Source: the human T2T-CHM13v2.0 reference genome, Homo sapiens. Taken from it: a stretch of DNA of 64,000 bases. The notes beneath the pieces were generated by a model, which did no database searches, had not been told where the DNA came from, and saw only the letters and a program-made list of their open reading frames with translations. The position numbers and the translations under genes were made by a program. The DNA lies in assembly GCF_009914755.1 (NCBI RefSeq), contig NC_060925.1; one strand, 5' to 3'. Positions 13,507 through 29,134 of this stretch are shown here, piece by piece; the stretch's first letter is position 1, and each line of letters starts with the position of its first letter.

Positions 13507-14577
13507 CTGCCGCCTTGGGTTCCTGCGTGAGCAGTCCTTCTCACTCTGGGCGATGTTCGCTTTCACCAGCCCAACCCCAAGAAGTCCACCCTGGGGAGGA
13601 CAGAGGGGGTCTCCACGGCTCCACACCCCCATGCTTTGTCGGAGATCTGGCCAGGCAGAGTGGTGCCCTCTTGACTGAGCCTCGAGCCTTTGCTTTCCCC
13701 TTACTCCAAATAAAGCCGCAGCCCTGGCGAGGGAGCCCAGAGGCCTGAGGACAGCCTGCTGGGTGCCTGGCACTCTCTAGATCCTCCCTGCCTGGGCGGT
13801 GGGCATCTGCAATTCTCCCTGTCTCGAACTGCAGCAGAATGTGTGGGCAGGGTTAGGCAGATAGAGAGTGGGTGCCTGGACTCATTGGTCAGACTCTAAG
13901 ACCGCCCACCCCCGCCGCCCCCGCAGTCCTTCCCAGGACTGGCTGACCCACCAGATAGGGGAGGGTGTTGTTTCTTATTATTACATTTTTTGAGAAAAGC
14001 TATGCAGGCCTGGGAGACGTCTGTGCCCTAGGAGTCCCTTCTGGCCTGAAGACTCAAGGCTGCAAACAGGTGCTGAGAGGGAACAAGAAGGGGAGTTGGG
14101 GTGCAACACACCCAGTGACAGACCAGGAGTGAGTGCTGTGGCCACAGATTCTAATCCTCACAACTGCAGTGTGATTTAGGCTAAGCCCCTTGCCTACTCC
14201 GATTCTTGCCTTAAATAAGTGAAAAGGAAAGTCAAGTTTGATGAGTTGTGGCTCTTTAGTGGGTGGATTTGCATGTACCATGGATTACATTTACCAGGGT
14301 CTAGGAATTGTCAAGCGCCCAGCAGGCTGCCATCAGGCCTCTGAGCTCCTTCGCCAGGCGGCTTTATTTGGAGTAAGAGGAAAGCAAAGGTTTGAGGCTC
14401 AGTCAAGAGGGCGCCACTCTGCCTGGCTAGCTCTCCGACAAAGCAGACGGGGGGGTGTGGAGCCGTGGTGACCCCCTCCGTCCTCCCCAGGGTGGGCTCC
14501 TTGGGCTTGGGCTGGTGGAAGTGAATATTGCCTGCAGCAAGAAGAAGGACTGTTCATGTGGGAGCGCAAGGCGGCAG
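13507..14577. repeat. Long imperfect inverted repeat: arm A 13507-13784, arm B 14297-14577, ~510-bp spacer
   Basis: Arm B is the reverse complement of arm A; the core (13586-13719 vs 14358-14495) is ~90% identical by eye. I do not recognise it as Alu, L1 or MIR. Confidence 0.92.
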
Positions 14578-14999
14578 CGGGGTTGGAAACCCACCCCCAC
14601 ACAGTCAACACCTGCTGTCACACCAGGCTAATCAAGAACACCTTTCTTTGGTGCATTAACCACCTGCTATTAAATAAAAGGCTGTTACTAGGTGGCAAAG
14701 TAACACACTGCAGTAGAGCCTATTTGTAATCTGAGATCAGTGGCTGTAAGGCACCATCCTTGAGCCAAGCAAGTACTAATATTCTTGTTATCTTAATTAG
14801 AATGCAAGAGATCGTGTTTTTAAAATTCTCTTTGAATCTGTCACTTTGCCCTCCTCTTCCTGGGTGATACACCTGGTAGTGCTGGTGGGGGCCATCATAA
14901 TGCCCCTTGTCCCAGATTCCCTTCTTTTAGATGGGACTCGAGCACTGATCATTTCAGCCCTGTATCTCTCAGGTCAGCGTGGTTCAGTTTGCTGTGCAG

Positions 15000-15285
15000 A
15001 GTCCAGGGGAGATAACCACGCTGTGCACACATGAGATTGGCTGACTTGGCAGGACTGTGCAATTGTCAGAAGGCCGTGGGGAGTGGGGGCCAGTGCCTGC
15101 AGCCTGCCCTGCCTCTCTCACAGGCCCTTAGAGCATCGCCAGGTGCAGAGCTCCACAGCTCTCTTTCCCAAGGAGTAATCAGAGGGTGAGAACGTGGAGC
15201 CTGGTGGACAGGTGAAAGCACTGGGATCTTTCTGCCCAGAAAGGGGAAAGTTGCACATTTATATCCTAGAGGGAAGCGACAGCAG
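15000..15285 (+). promoter_or_regulatory. EPHX1: EPHX1 proximal (E1, liver-type) promoter
   Basis: AGATAA at 15010-15015, inverted CCAAT (attgg) at 15036-15040, ARE-like TGACTTGGCA at 15042-15051, C/EBP-like ttgcacat at 15251-15258, TATA-like tttata at 15258-15263. Confidence 0.6.
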
Positions 15286-15310
15286 TGCTTCTCCCTGTGC
15301 TGAGGTACAG
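15285..15310 (+). other. EPHX1: EPHX1 non-coding first exon E1 (start approximate)
   Basis: Strong donor CAG|GTAAGG at 15310/15311, ~3.2 kb upstream of exon 2 and just downstream of a TATA-like box. Confidence 0.75.
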
Positions 15311-15947
15311 GTAAGGAGGGTGGTTTGTAAAGTTCACTGGGGAGGGTGATCCCTCTTTATTGTTCTAATATTATGCTCGCAGCCTCCTTGACAACATCAT
15401 GCAAAATGTGTCTTACTAGTTTCTAGTGCATAAAATATTGGTGGAGCTCTTCGCTGTGCTGGGCCAGTCACCAGTGCTGGGCACTGTGGGTCAAGGCAGT
15501 GCCCAGGACGGGCACAGCCCTGCCTTCCCAAGCTATGGTTTATTGTGGTAGGATCTGCCTGCCCAGTGAAGTGTGTTCAGCTGCTCCTGTTGCTGGGGGA
15601 AGCTCTGCTCTCTGCCTTCGGCTGCCTCCCACACGCTCCCATGTGTCTCCCAGTCCCTAACCCCTAGTCCTGCTTTCAATACCGCAGGGGCTTTTAGCTG
15701 ACTTTTCTCCATCTTCTTAAAGGGCAGGATTTCCTGGCAGAGACATAACGTCTTTCTGGAAATGAAAGAAGCTGATGCATGTTTTTTCTTTTCTGAATTA
15801 CTTAAATAAGAGGAACTCATTTCCAGGTATTCCCTGCCTTGTTTTTATTGTGGGAGTGTGGTCCCAGCTGCCCATCTGATCAGCTGACATAGGGTCCTTG
15901 GGGCCCAGGCACTGTTACTGCTTGGGATTGAAAGATGAAAGCCACAG

Positions 15948-16236
15948 GGCCAGGCACAGCAGCTCGTGCCTCTAATCTCATCACTTTGGAAAGCCGAGGT
16001 GGGCGGATCGCTGGAGGTCAGGAGTTTGAGACCAGCCTGGCCAACATGGTGAAACGCTGTCTTTACTAAAAATACAAAAATTAGCAGGAGGTGGTGGTAT
16101 GCACCTGTAATCACAGCTACTCAGGAGTCTGAGGCACGAGAATCTCTTGAACCCAGGGACAGAAGTTGCAGTGAGCCGAGATCGCACCACTGCACTCTTT
16201 GAGACTCTGTCTCAAAAAAAAAAAAAAAAAAAAAAA
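15948..16236 (+). mobile_element. AluS
   Basis: Alu dimer with A-tail. Confidence 0.9.
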
Positions 16237-17359
16237 GGGAAAGCAATGGCCTGGCTTGGCTGGAGATGGAACATGCATCAACGTGTCCCACGTGTCTCCA
16301 GCAGGGATAGCGAAGGCCTGCCCCCTGGCACATAGACTGAGTAAATGTTGATCAGTGAGACCTTGAGGCACTTTAGAGTTTCACAATCCAGAGAGGGAGA
16401 TAGATTGGAAGTTCAAGGGTGGACACCTGGGCATGATTCCCAGGACGAAGGCTGCAGTCGGTTCTAAGAAGTATGCTGGTGACTATGAGAGAAGAGGTTG
16501 TGGGTTTCCTCTCTTGAAAGCTGTCTCCATAATCACATGTGGGGTGATAAGGGCTCTGGTCCAGGGGAGGGGGCGAGGCACACAGGGGGCTGAATCTGAT
16601 GGCATGAGGACTTGGTGATGGGCTGTGGGGAAAGAATTGGAGATGACTCTAGGGCCTGAGGGTGGGAAGCTGGGAGTTCACTGGGATCACTGATAGAAAC
16701 GCGGAGGTGGGGGGTGCCAAGCTGATTTTCCTGATTAGATTTCCTACAGAACTGCAGGAATAAGGCGAGAGCCATCGCCCTGGGTGGATTTCTGTTTGGA
16801 GCTCTATCGCTGGACCACTGTGGACAAGTATTTCATAGAACGACCCCCAGTAGCCCAATTCTAGGTTTAGAGGGGCAGCTCTTGACAGGAGCAAACTCCA
16901 GGGCCTCTGCAACCCCCCAGCAGAGTCCCAAACATCTGACATGTAGCCAATGGAGGACATGCAAGTGGTGGGGTTCCCAGCAGGGACCACCTCCTGCCTT
17001 GGGTTTCCAAGACAGAGCGAGGGGTGCTGCTGGGGCGTGGTTTGCAGGGGCCTTGTCAGAACTCGATGCTTTCTCCTCCGTCTGGGTCCTAACTGCAGTG
17101 CATCTAGAGACCCTCCTCTGACTCAGGCATAAGGACGGCCCGCATATTCATGCAGGTTACTCTGAACAAGAACAGTCTGTGGGTTACTTCCCTAGGAATG
17201 AGGAAGATGAAGAGCTAGATAACAATGCTGGGCTGGTATCTGCCTGATAGTGCTTTGCCAAGACTATGGTTTCTTCCTCTTCTGATCAAAAAAGACACAG
17301 GAGTCAGACAAATGGGGATTAAAAGACAACTGAGTTGATGTGAAATGTAACAGGCAACA

Positions 17360-17582
17360 CTATGGACACAGAAAGTAGATTAGAGGCTGCTTAGGACCTA
17401 ACGTGGAGGGCAGTAGGGGAGTGACAGCTGAAGGGTATGGAGTTTCTCCGTGCCGATGAAAATGTTCTACAGTTGACTGTGGCTATGGCTGCACATGTCT
17501 GTGAATATCCTAGAAACCACTGGAGGGTTCACTTTAAATGGGCGAATTGTATGGTATATGAATTATGTTTCAATAAAGCTCT
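17360..17582 (+). mobile_element. L1MB-type 3' end fragment
   Basis: acagaaagtagattagaggctgc...gatgaaaatgttcta...tgtatggtatatgaattat...caataaagct. Confidence 0.75.
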
Positions 17583-17829
17583 TACACAGCTAAGCTGTGT
17601 GGCCATGGCTGGGCTTCCTAGCAGTGTCCCCCAACCCCAAATTGAACTTACTCTCCCAGCACTTGGGCCTCCCCATTACCCCCTGTCTGCCCTGAGGATA
17701 AGCCTCTCTCCAAGAAGGACAGAGCAGGGGCTGTGGGCCACCATTCAGGAAAGGTGCTCCTCTCCCCTGGGGGAGGGAACCCAGAGGTCATGGACAGAAG
17801 CCTTCTCAGACATGCAAAAAACATGAGGC

Positions 17830-18156
<327 letters not shown>

Positions 18157-18282
18157 CTACCCAGGGCTGTGCAGAAGCCAAACCAGGTTCCTATTTTCCC
18201 AGGATGATGAACAGTTTTCAAAGCTTAGTAGGATTGTGGGTGATTTTGTCTCATTGTCTGTTGTTTTTCCATTTTTCTAGAT

Positions 18283-18357
18283 CATATATATATAATATTT
18301 ATACTATATATAATATGTATATAGTGTGTGTATATATATATATAATATGTATATATT
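18283..18357. repeat. Degenerate (TA)n microsatellite ~135 bp upstream of exon 2
   Basis: atatatatataatatttatactatatataatatgtatatag... Confidence 0.85.
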
Positions 18358-18495
18358 AGGTCAAGTGTAAATAAAATCAGGGACAGGGTTGGAGCGCAGC
18401 AGGAAAGAGCCTGCTGGGGATCAGAGTCTCTGGGCTGTCAGGGCCGGGCTGGGCGGGCTCCGTTGTTAATGGCTTCCCCTCATCTTGCAGGAGCC

Positions 18496-18678
18496 ATGTG
18501 GCTAGAAATCCTCCTCACTTCAGTGCTGGGCTTTGCCATCTACTGGTTCATCTCCCGGGACAAAGAGGAAACTTTGCCACTTGAAGATGGGTGGTGGGGG
18601 CCAGGCACGAGGTCCGCAGCCAGGGAGGACGACAGCATCCGCCCTTTCAAGGTGGAAACGTCAGATGAGGAGATCCAC
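18496..18678 (+). CDS. EPHX1: Microsomal epoxide hydrolase, exon 2 coding part (aa 1-61, N-terminal membrane anchor); exon begins at 18491
   Basis: cag|GAGCCATGTGG; encodes MWLEILLTSVLGFAIYWFISRDKEE...EEIH; donor CAC|gtaagg. Confidence 0.98.
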
Positions 18679-19558
18679 GTAAGGCACCTTGGGCCGGGCC
18701 GGGCTGGGCAGTGGAGAGGGTGGTGTGTCGAAGACAGGGGTTGGGTCTTAGGCCAGATGCGGGAGGGGACGGGGGCTTGGGAATGGTCCATCCTACTTGG
18801 GAGTGTGTTTCAGTCTGCTTTTCCTCTGCTGGGCAGGTGCAGGTTGCTTTGGAGAGGGATGCCCAGCCCTCCCACTTTCTCTCTTCTCCTTTCCCTACCC
18901 AAGGCCCAGCAGTGCTCAGGCAGGAGATGGGGTAACCTGTATCAAAGGTCACAGAAAGCAGCTGTCATCACCTCCTCTATGCCCTGCCTGAAGCCTTGGG
19001 AGTGAGGTTGTGGGAGAAAGTGAGCAGGTTCCCGTCAGAGACCCAGGAAGCACTGAGAAGGCAGGGATGCTACTGGTTAGGCACCGGCTGTGTGTCAGCC
19101 ATTCCTGGTCACATTCAATCCCTACGGTGATCCCGCGGGGTGAGGATTGTTGTTCCCAAACTGCAGATGCAGAAGCTGAAGCTCAGGGGCATAAAGCAAC
19201 TCGTTCAAGGCGGCCTAGCTAACATGCGGAAGGATTTGAAGTCCAATCTAATCCTGAAGCTGCTGCCCCTCCTCTGCACAGGGATAGAGTCAGGAAGGAG
19301 GTGACTGGGCAGGTGGGGTGAACTGAGAATGCATTCTCGGGGAGGAGCAAGGCTTGAGTGGGGGACAGGACGGTAGGCAGGCCTGGCATGGCCCTGCCAA
19401 TCCTTTCTTTCATTCCGTGGGTTTTGAGCACCTACTGTGTGCAGGCCCAGTGAGTGCTTGGGAGAAGAGACAGCCCCTTCCGTCCAACAGCATACAGTCC
19501 AGTGAATGAGAAAAGGAATGTGCACAAAGAAAAGTAGACTAAAAGATAAATAAAGATA

Positions 19559-19897
<339 letters not shown>

Positions 19898-20206
19898 TCA
19901 TGAGAGTTCCAAGGAGGAAGAGATTTAAAAGCAGAAGCTGGGCTAAACCCAAGAGCAACCAGGCTGAGGCTCCCTGGGTAGGACTTGCTTGCTGCAGCCT
20001 TGCTATTTAGGGCCAAGGCTGAGCCCTAAGGAAAGCTCCTTTAGGGAATTAGACTCCTAAGGGAGTCTGAGATTTCCAAAATCTGTTTGGGGGTAACTGA
20101 AACACTTGGGAAGAAGCCTGGGAATGGTGATGCTTGAGAGGCTCTCTAAGCTGACATGAACTTCCTCCCTCTGGGGCTGGCCTTTTAGCCTGATACATGT
20201 CAATGA

Positions 20207-20537
<331 letters not shown>

Positions 20538-20585
20538 TAATTTTTATCCCAACTCAGTTATAATGTATCATTCAATGTTGTATAT

Positions 20586-20971
20586 CAGGGGTCAGGAAAC
20601 CAGGCCCATAGACCAAATGTAGCCTGCTACCTGTTTTAGCACAGCGCCCATGCCAAGAATAGTGTTTACCTCTTTAAATAGTTAGGGGGAAAAAAATCAA
20701 AAGAAGAATAATAGTTTGTGACGTGAAAATTATATAGCAGTCAGATTTCAGTGTCCATAAATTTTTATTGGAACACAGCCACCCCCATTCATCTGTGCAT
20801 TGGCTATGGCTGTCCATAAATAAAGTTTTATTGGAACACAGCCACCCCCATTCATCTGTGCATTGGCTGTGGCTGCTTTCACACTATGAAGACAGAGTGG
20901 AGTCACTGCAGCCTGCAAAGCCTAGAATATTTACTATCTGGCCCTTTACAGAAAAAGTTTGCCGACTCCCG
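20586..20971. mobile_element. MER58B-like hAT-Charlie MITE with an internal ~60-bp tandem duplication
   Basis: TIRs caggggtcaggaaac / gtttgccgactcccg; diagnostic atatttactatctggccctttacagaaaaagtttgcc. Confidence 0.85.
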
Positions 20972-21034
20972 CTGTAGAGACGCCTGGGTAAATTAAAGAT
21001 GAGTATCGTGTATACACTTAAAGAGTAAAAGATG

Positions 21035-21343
21035 AGCTGGGCGCAGTGGCTTACACCTGTAATCCCACCACTTTGGGAGGCCAAGGCAGACAGATCACTT
21101 GAAGCCAGGAGTTCAAGACCAGCCTGGCCAACATGGCAAAACCCCGTCTCTACTAAAAATGCAAAAATTAGCCGGACATGGTGGCTCACACCTGTAATCC
21201 CAGCTACTCTGGGAGCTGAGGCATGACTGGCTTGAACCTGGGAGGTGGGGGTTGCAGTGGGCCGAGATCACGCCACTGCCCTCCAGCCTGGGCAACAGAG
21301 TGAGACCCTATCTCAAAAAAAAAAAAAGAAAAAAGAAAAAAGA
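21035..21343 (+). mobile_element. AluS/J
   Basis: Alu dimer with A-tail. Confidence 0.9.
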
Positions 21344-21546
21344 AATGCGAAGTCTACAGTGAAGAAGGAAGAAGTGAAGAACACATCCGCTTTGGGAGTA
21401 GCCAGTGATGTGGGAAACTGCCTTGCCACTCCCAGAGGGCAGTATCTTGTGGCTGCAGGGTTTGCTGTGTTTTCTGGAAACAGACTTTGCTCTTGTGCTC
21501 TGTCCTTCCCATCCCTCTCAACTTGGGGTCCTGAATTTTGCTCCAG

Positions 21547-21727
21547 GACTTACACCAGAGGATCGATAAGTTCCGTTTCACCCCACCTTTGGAGGACAGC
21601 TGCTTCCACTATGGCTTCAACTCCAACTACCTGAAGAAAGTCATCTCCTACTGGCGGAATGAATTTGACTGGAAGAAGCAGGTGGAGATTCTCAACAGAT
21701 ACCCTCACTTCAAGACTAAGATTGAAG
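21547..21727 (+). CDS. EPHX1: EPHX1 exon 3 (DLHQRIDKFRFTPPLEDSCFHYGFNSNYLKKVISYWRNEFDWKKQVEILNRYPHFKTKIE); Tyr113 at 21700-21702
   Basis: ccag|GAC ... GAAG|gtatgt; 181 nt; frame consistent with both neighbours. Confidence 0.98.
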
Positions 21728-22025
21728 GTATGTTTGCAAAACGCCAGCCAGAGAGGGATGTATGTCATGAGAACAGCCTTCTTCCACAATGTGACTTACA
21801 GTCAGATAAAGTTGGAGAGATTCAGAACCCAATTATAGGTCACTGAGATGTACTTATACGTTGTAACCTTACTAAATGCAAAAATATTGCAGTCACAACA
21901 AATCTGTCCATCTTTAGAGCTAGGCAGGAACACATACATGCAATTTAAAAACCAAAGAAATGCACCATCCAGTCCAATGATGTGGCAATCTTTGAGAGGA
22001 AGGATGGAGATGAGATTTAGACCCA

Positions 22026-22750
22026 GGCCAAGTGGGGTGGCTCAGAACTGTAATCCCAGCACTTTGGGAGGCTGAGGTGGGTAGATCACGAGGTCAAGAG
22101 TTCAAGCAGCCTGGCCAAGATGGTGAAATCCCATCTCTACTAGAAATACAAAAAATAGCCAGGTGTGTTGGCAGGCAGCTGTAATCCCAGCTACTCTGGA
22201 GGCTGAAGCAGAGAATTGCTTGAAGCCAGGAGGCGGAGGTTGCAGTGAGCCAAGATCGCGCCACTGCACTCCAGCCTGGGCTCCATCTCAAAGAAAGAAA
22301 AGACTCTGCTCTCAGTTCTTTTGGATCTATACTCAGAAGTGGACTTGTTGGATCATACGGTAATTCTGCGTTTAATTTTCTGAGGAACCGCCATACTGCG
22401 TTCCGCAGCAGCTGCACCATTTTACTTTCCCACCCAACAATGCCTCAGAATCCCGATTCTCCAAATCCTTGCCAATATTTTTTTCCTTTCTTTTTTTCGG
22501 TAATGGTCATCCTAATGGGTATGAAATGGTATCACATTGTGGTTTTGAGTTGCATTTTCCTAATGATTACTGATGTTGAGCATTTTTTATGCGGTACTTA
22601 TTGGATTCTTTGTAATTTCTCCGAAGAAATGTCTGTTCATGTCTTTTGTCCATTTTTTGGGTGTTTTATTAGGGTTTAGGAGTTCTCTATATATTCTGAA
22701 TAAAATCTCTTATATTTGCAAATGTTTTCTCCCACTCTGTGGGTTGCCAT
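22026..22750. mobile_element. AluS (+, 22026-22301) abutting an L1M ORF2 3' fragment (-, ~22303-22750)
   Basis: Alu dimer; the minus-strand translation [21 protein letters not shown] resembles the L1 ORF2 C-terminus. Confidence 0.85.
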
Positions 22751-22760
22751 ACAATTAATC

Positions 22761-22925
22761 TTTTTCAGAGACAAGGTCTTGCTGTGTTGCTCAGGCTGGA
22801 GTGCAGCGGCTATTCACAGGCGTGATCATGGCTCACCACAGCCTCGAACTCCTGGGCTCAAGCAATCCTCTCGCCTCAGACCTCCTGAATAGCTGGTACT
22901 ATAGGCGAGCACCACTGTGCCCAGC
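22761..22925 (-). mobile_element. FAM (fossil Alu monomer)
   Basis: Single monomer retaining the 7SL-derived ggctattcacaggcgtgatc segment. Confidence 0.75.
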
Positions 22926-23125
22926 TTGTTAATTTTTTATATTGAAGAAATTGTACATGTTAGGAATCTTATTTTTAATGTTTTAAGATAATTTGGCCTT
23001 TTCAAGGAACAGTGAAGATTTTAATTTGTTAAAATTCTAGGAATTACTTAAAGTGTATGAAAGACATGTTGGTCAGTCAGATAAACTAAAGTTCCTAAAA
23101 AAAGGAAATTGAAATTATAGTGTTA

Positions 23126-24342
<1,217 letters not shown>

Positions 24343-24599
24343 TCAGCCAAGAACACTAAAAAAAAAAAAAAAAAAAATCTGGAATGATTTTTTGGATCAA
24401 ATTTGGACTTCTCTTGAGTGTTGCTGTATTCTTTACAGTAATTTGATATCTTCTATTATGAGCCTAACAAGAGGATCCAAGCCACTTAATCCCAGCCAAA
24501 CTGCTGTATGCAATTACCATAGGTTCCTGTTTGGATTCCTGGCACGAAATTGCCTGGCTTCCTTGAGTTTGACTTGGATCCCTGTGTTGTCCCAGCTCT

Positions 24600-24920
24600 T
24601 CAGTGTCCATCCAGCAGAAACTAACAGGGCGCCTGCTGTACCCAGGCATTCTGCTGGGGCTGGGGACGCATAGAGAGGACAGGGTCCCTCCTTCACAGCT
24701 CATAGGCTCTTCAGGGGCAATTCCAGCACATAGTGGCGGTGTTCTGAAGGAGGAGGCTCTGGGAGCTTCATGAGCCCCACAATCTTCCTTTGAATGTGAG
24801 GGAAGGCTTCCTGGAGGAGGTGGCATCTAAGCTGAAATGAGTGGGACTTTGCCAGGTGTGTGGGGAAGGTGGTCCAAGAAAGGGGAACAGCATGTTCAAA
24901 GGCCCAGAGGCAGGAGGCAG
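24600..24920 (-). mobile_element. L2 fragment
   Basis: agggaaggcttcctggaggaggtggcatctaagctga...gggaacagcatgttcaaaggcccagaggcagga. Confidence 0.7.
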
Positions 24921-24923
24921 TAA

Positions 24924-25614
<691 letters not shown>

Positions 25615-25899
25615 TGACATTGGGCATTTATGGTACAAAACCTCCCTCAGGTACAACGGCTCCAAAAGAGCCAGTTTCCAGCATTGAATTCATCGTGGAC
25701 TTACCCATGTGTGGTTCTGGCACCCTGCCCGGGGCTGGAGGCCTGTTCTTGGCCTTGGTCCTTTAGAATAGGAGTAAATTTGGCAACATAGGAGGACACC
25801 CAGGATACATTGTTAAGTTAAAAAAAAAGAGATTCTAAAATAGAATGTATGTATGGTTCTATTTTTGTTAAAAGTTATGTTCTCTAAGTCTTTTTAAAA

Positions 25900-26910
<1,011 letters not shown>

Positions 26911-27285
26911 AGACAGACAACACCATGTTTTCTTTAGAGAGTGGGATTACATGTGAGTCTTCCCCCTTTGGCTTATCTGTGTTTTCTAAGTTTTCTACAG
27001 TAAACATGTATTATTTGTATAATATATTAACGACAGAACAGAACATTAGCTAGACCATGCTGACTGCACCAGCCCTGGTGGCAGAGAGTTCCAAGCATGG
27101 CAGCCGCCCTCACTGTGAATGCCGTAAGGCCCCAGGTGCTGTCCAGGGCACTGGCCTGGGAAGGGGCTGCCTTCTTTTGATATGCAGAGGCCCCAAGTCA
27201 GTCCAGAGGAGACAAGAATCCATTCACCTGCCCTTGGCTATGATGATGTTTTCAGCATTGCACTTAAAAAAAAATCTTCCACTTT

Positions 27286-27587
27286 ATTTTATTTTAATTT
27301 TTTGAGATGGAGTCTTGCTCTGTTGCCCAGGCTGGAGTGTGGTGGTGTGATCTCGGCTCAGTGCAACCTCTGCTTCCCAGGTTCAAGCGATTCTCTTGCC
27401 TCAGCCTCCTGAGTAGCTGGAATTGCAGGCGCCTGTCAGCATGCCCGGGTAATTTTTTTGTATTTTTAGTAGAGACGGGGTTTCACCATGTTGGCCAGGC
27501 TGGTCTTGAGCTCCTGACCTTAGGTGATCCACCCGCCTCAGCCTTCCAAAGTGCTGGGATTACAGGCGTGAGCCACCACACCAGGCC
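27286..27587 (-). mobile_element. AluSx-like
   Basis: Reverse-complement Alu dimer; TSD-like tccacttta. Confidence 0.9.
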
Positions 27588-28421
27588 CAAAAATACTCCA
27601 CTTTAAAGAAAATATCATTTGGTAATCAGAAAAAGGTGACATTTTGTCAATGTGTATGAAAAAAATTATGCATTTAATACCTGTTCATTGTAGAAAAATT
27701 GGAAAGTACATAAAACTCAAAGAGAAATTAAAAGCACTGGAATCTACTGCTCAGGAGAACTGCTTTTTACATTCTTGGAGTTTATCCTCCCAGACTTTTA
27801 AAATTCACCAATACATGGTATAAGTACAGTATAAGCATAGATGACTTTTTATAAAAACTGGGTCACACAATGGATATGACTTGATCATTTGCTTTTACCT
27901 CCCAGCAATATCTTCTGATCAGTTTTCTATGTTAAATAAATATACATCTACCTTGTCAGTTTAGATGACTGTACTGGACTCCAGTATACTGTCAAACTAT
28001 ACTTGATTAATCCTGTATTGCTGGATACGTGGGGCTTTCTCCCTACCCTCCAGATTTTAAATTATTGAACAAGTATTTATGGAGGCCTGCTGTGAGCCAG
28101 GAGCTGTCCTGAGCCCTGGAAACCCAGCAGTGGCTGTACAGACCTGGCCCAGCTGTCAGGGGGCACCTCTAAGGAAACCGGGAGGCAATAATCGTAGCTC
28201 CCTTGCAGGGAGGTTGTGAAGGCTGAGTGAGGACATCTGTGCACCTGGAGCACAGTGTGAGTGTGAAACCAGTGTCAGCCCTTATTACTGTCAATACCAT
28301 GAAGGGGCGGCGGGGGCACTAAGGGTGGCAGGACTCAATATCTAGGCTCTGGGGGGTGCCAGAGCCTGACCGTGCAGGGTCTTCTCTCTCCCTCCACCCT
28401 GACTGTGCTCTGTCCCCCCAG

Positions 28422-28649
28422 GGCTGGACATCCACTTCATCCACGTGAAGCCCCCCCAGCTGCCCGCAGGCCATACCCCGAAGCCCTTGCTGATGGTGCA
28501 CGGCTGGCCCGGCTCTTTCTACGAGTTTTATAAGATCATCCCACTCCTGACTGACCCCAAGAACCATGGCCTGAGCGATGAGCACGTTTTTGAAGTCATC
28601 TGCCCTTCCATCCCTGGCTATGGCTTCTCAGAGGCATCCTCCAAGAAGG
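28422..28649 (+). CDS. EPHX1: EPHX1 exon 4 (contains HGWP oxyanion-hole motif; His139 at 28472-28474)
   Basis: ccag|GGCTGGAC ... AAGG|gtacgg; encodes LDIHFIHVKPPQLPAGHTPKPLLMVHGWPGSFYEFYK...PSIPGYGFSEASSKK. Confidence 0.98.
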
Positions 28650-28984
28650 GTACGGGGCTGCTAGAGGTTCCATAACTGCCCCGTCCTCGCCAAGGGTGGG
28701 CCCGGTGTTCCCACCAGGCTCTCCTTCCGGCGGGGTGAGCAGGGAGTTGGCCCGAGGAAGCTGGGAAAGGAGGGGCCTGAGAGGCCGGCCCCAGACACAC
28801 CGCCCTCCGGGGCTGGAGATGCCACCCCTATATTTGGGCTCCAGGATTCCTTCTTGCCTCTGTGAGCTTTTCTGACCTCCACCTGGGGGTAGGCGGGCCT
28901 GAGAAATTTCATAGAACACCAGAGGGCCCAAGGAGCAATCTGCCTGTGACTCCGTGACTCCATGCCTTTCCCCATCACTGCCAG

Positions 28985-29114
28985 GGTTCAACTCGGTGGC
29001 CACCGCCAGGATCTTTTACAAGCTGATGCTGCGGCTGGGCTTCCAGGAATTCTACATTCAAGGAGGGGACTGGGGGTCCCTGATCTGCACTAATATGGCC
29101 CAGCTGGTGCCCAG
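28985..29114 (+). CDS. EPHX1: EPHX1 exon 5 (QGGDWG, nucleophile Asp226 at 29068-29070)
   Basis: ccag|GGTTCAAC ... CCCAG|gtgagg; 130 nt. Confidence 0.98.
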
Positions 29115-29133
29115 GTGAGGTCACTGTTGGGGT

Positions 29134-29134
<1 letters not shown>

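Noticed and set aside
13471-14471. Similar peptides (AALFGVRGKQR.EAQSRG.HSAW) from two ORFs, suggesting duplicated genes or a LEFTY-like pseudogene
   Set aside because: The similarity comes from the DNA inverted repeat; frame-breaking indels between the arms and no TGF-beta-like cysteine pattern.
18463-19005. 180-aa ORF as an extended EPHX1 N-terminus
   Set aside because: The upstream part is the intron polypyrimidine tract and acceptor, and the part after 18678 is intron read-through.
22761-22925. Possible 7SL RNA gene or pseudogene
   Set aside because: Only the short 7SL-derived segment of a FAM monomer is present; the S-domain is missing.
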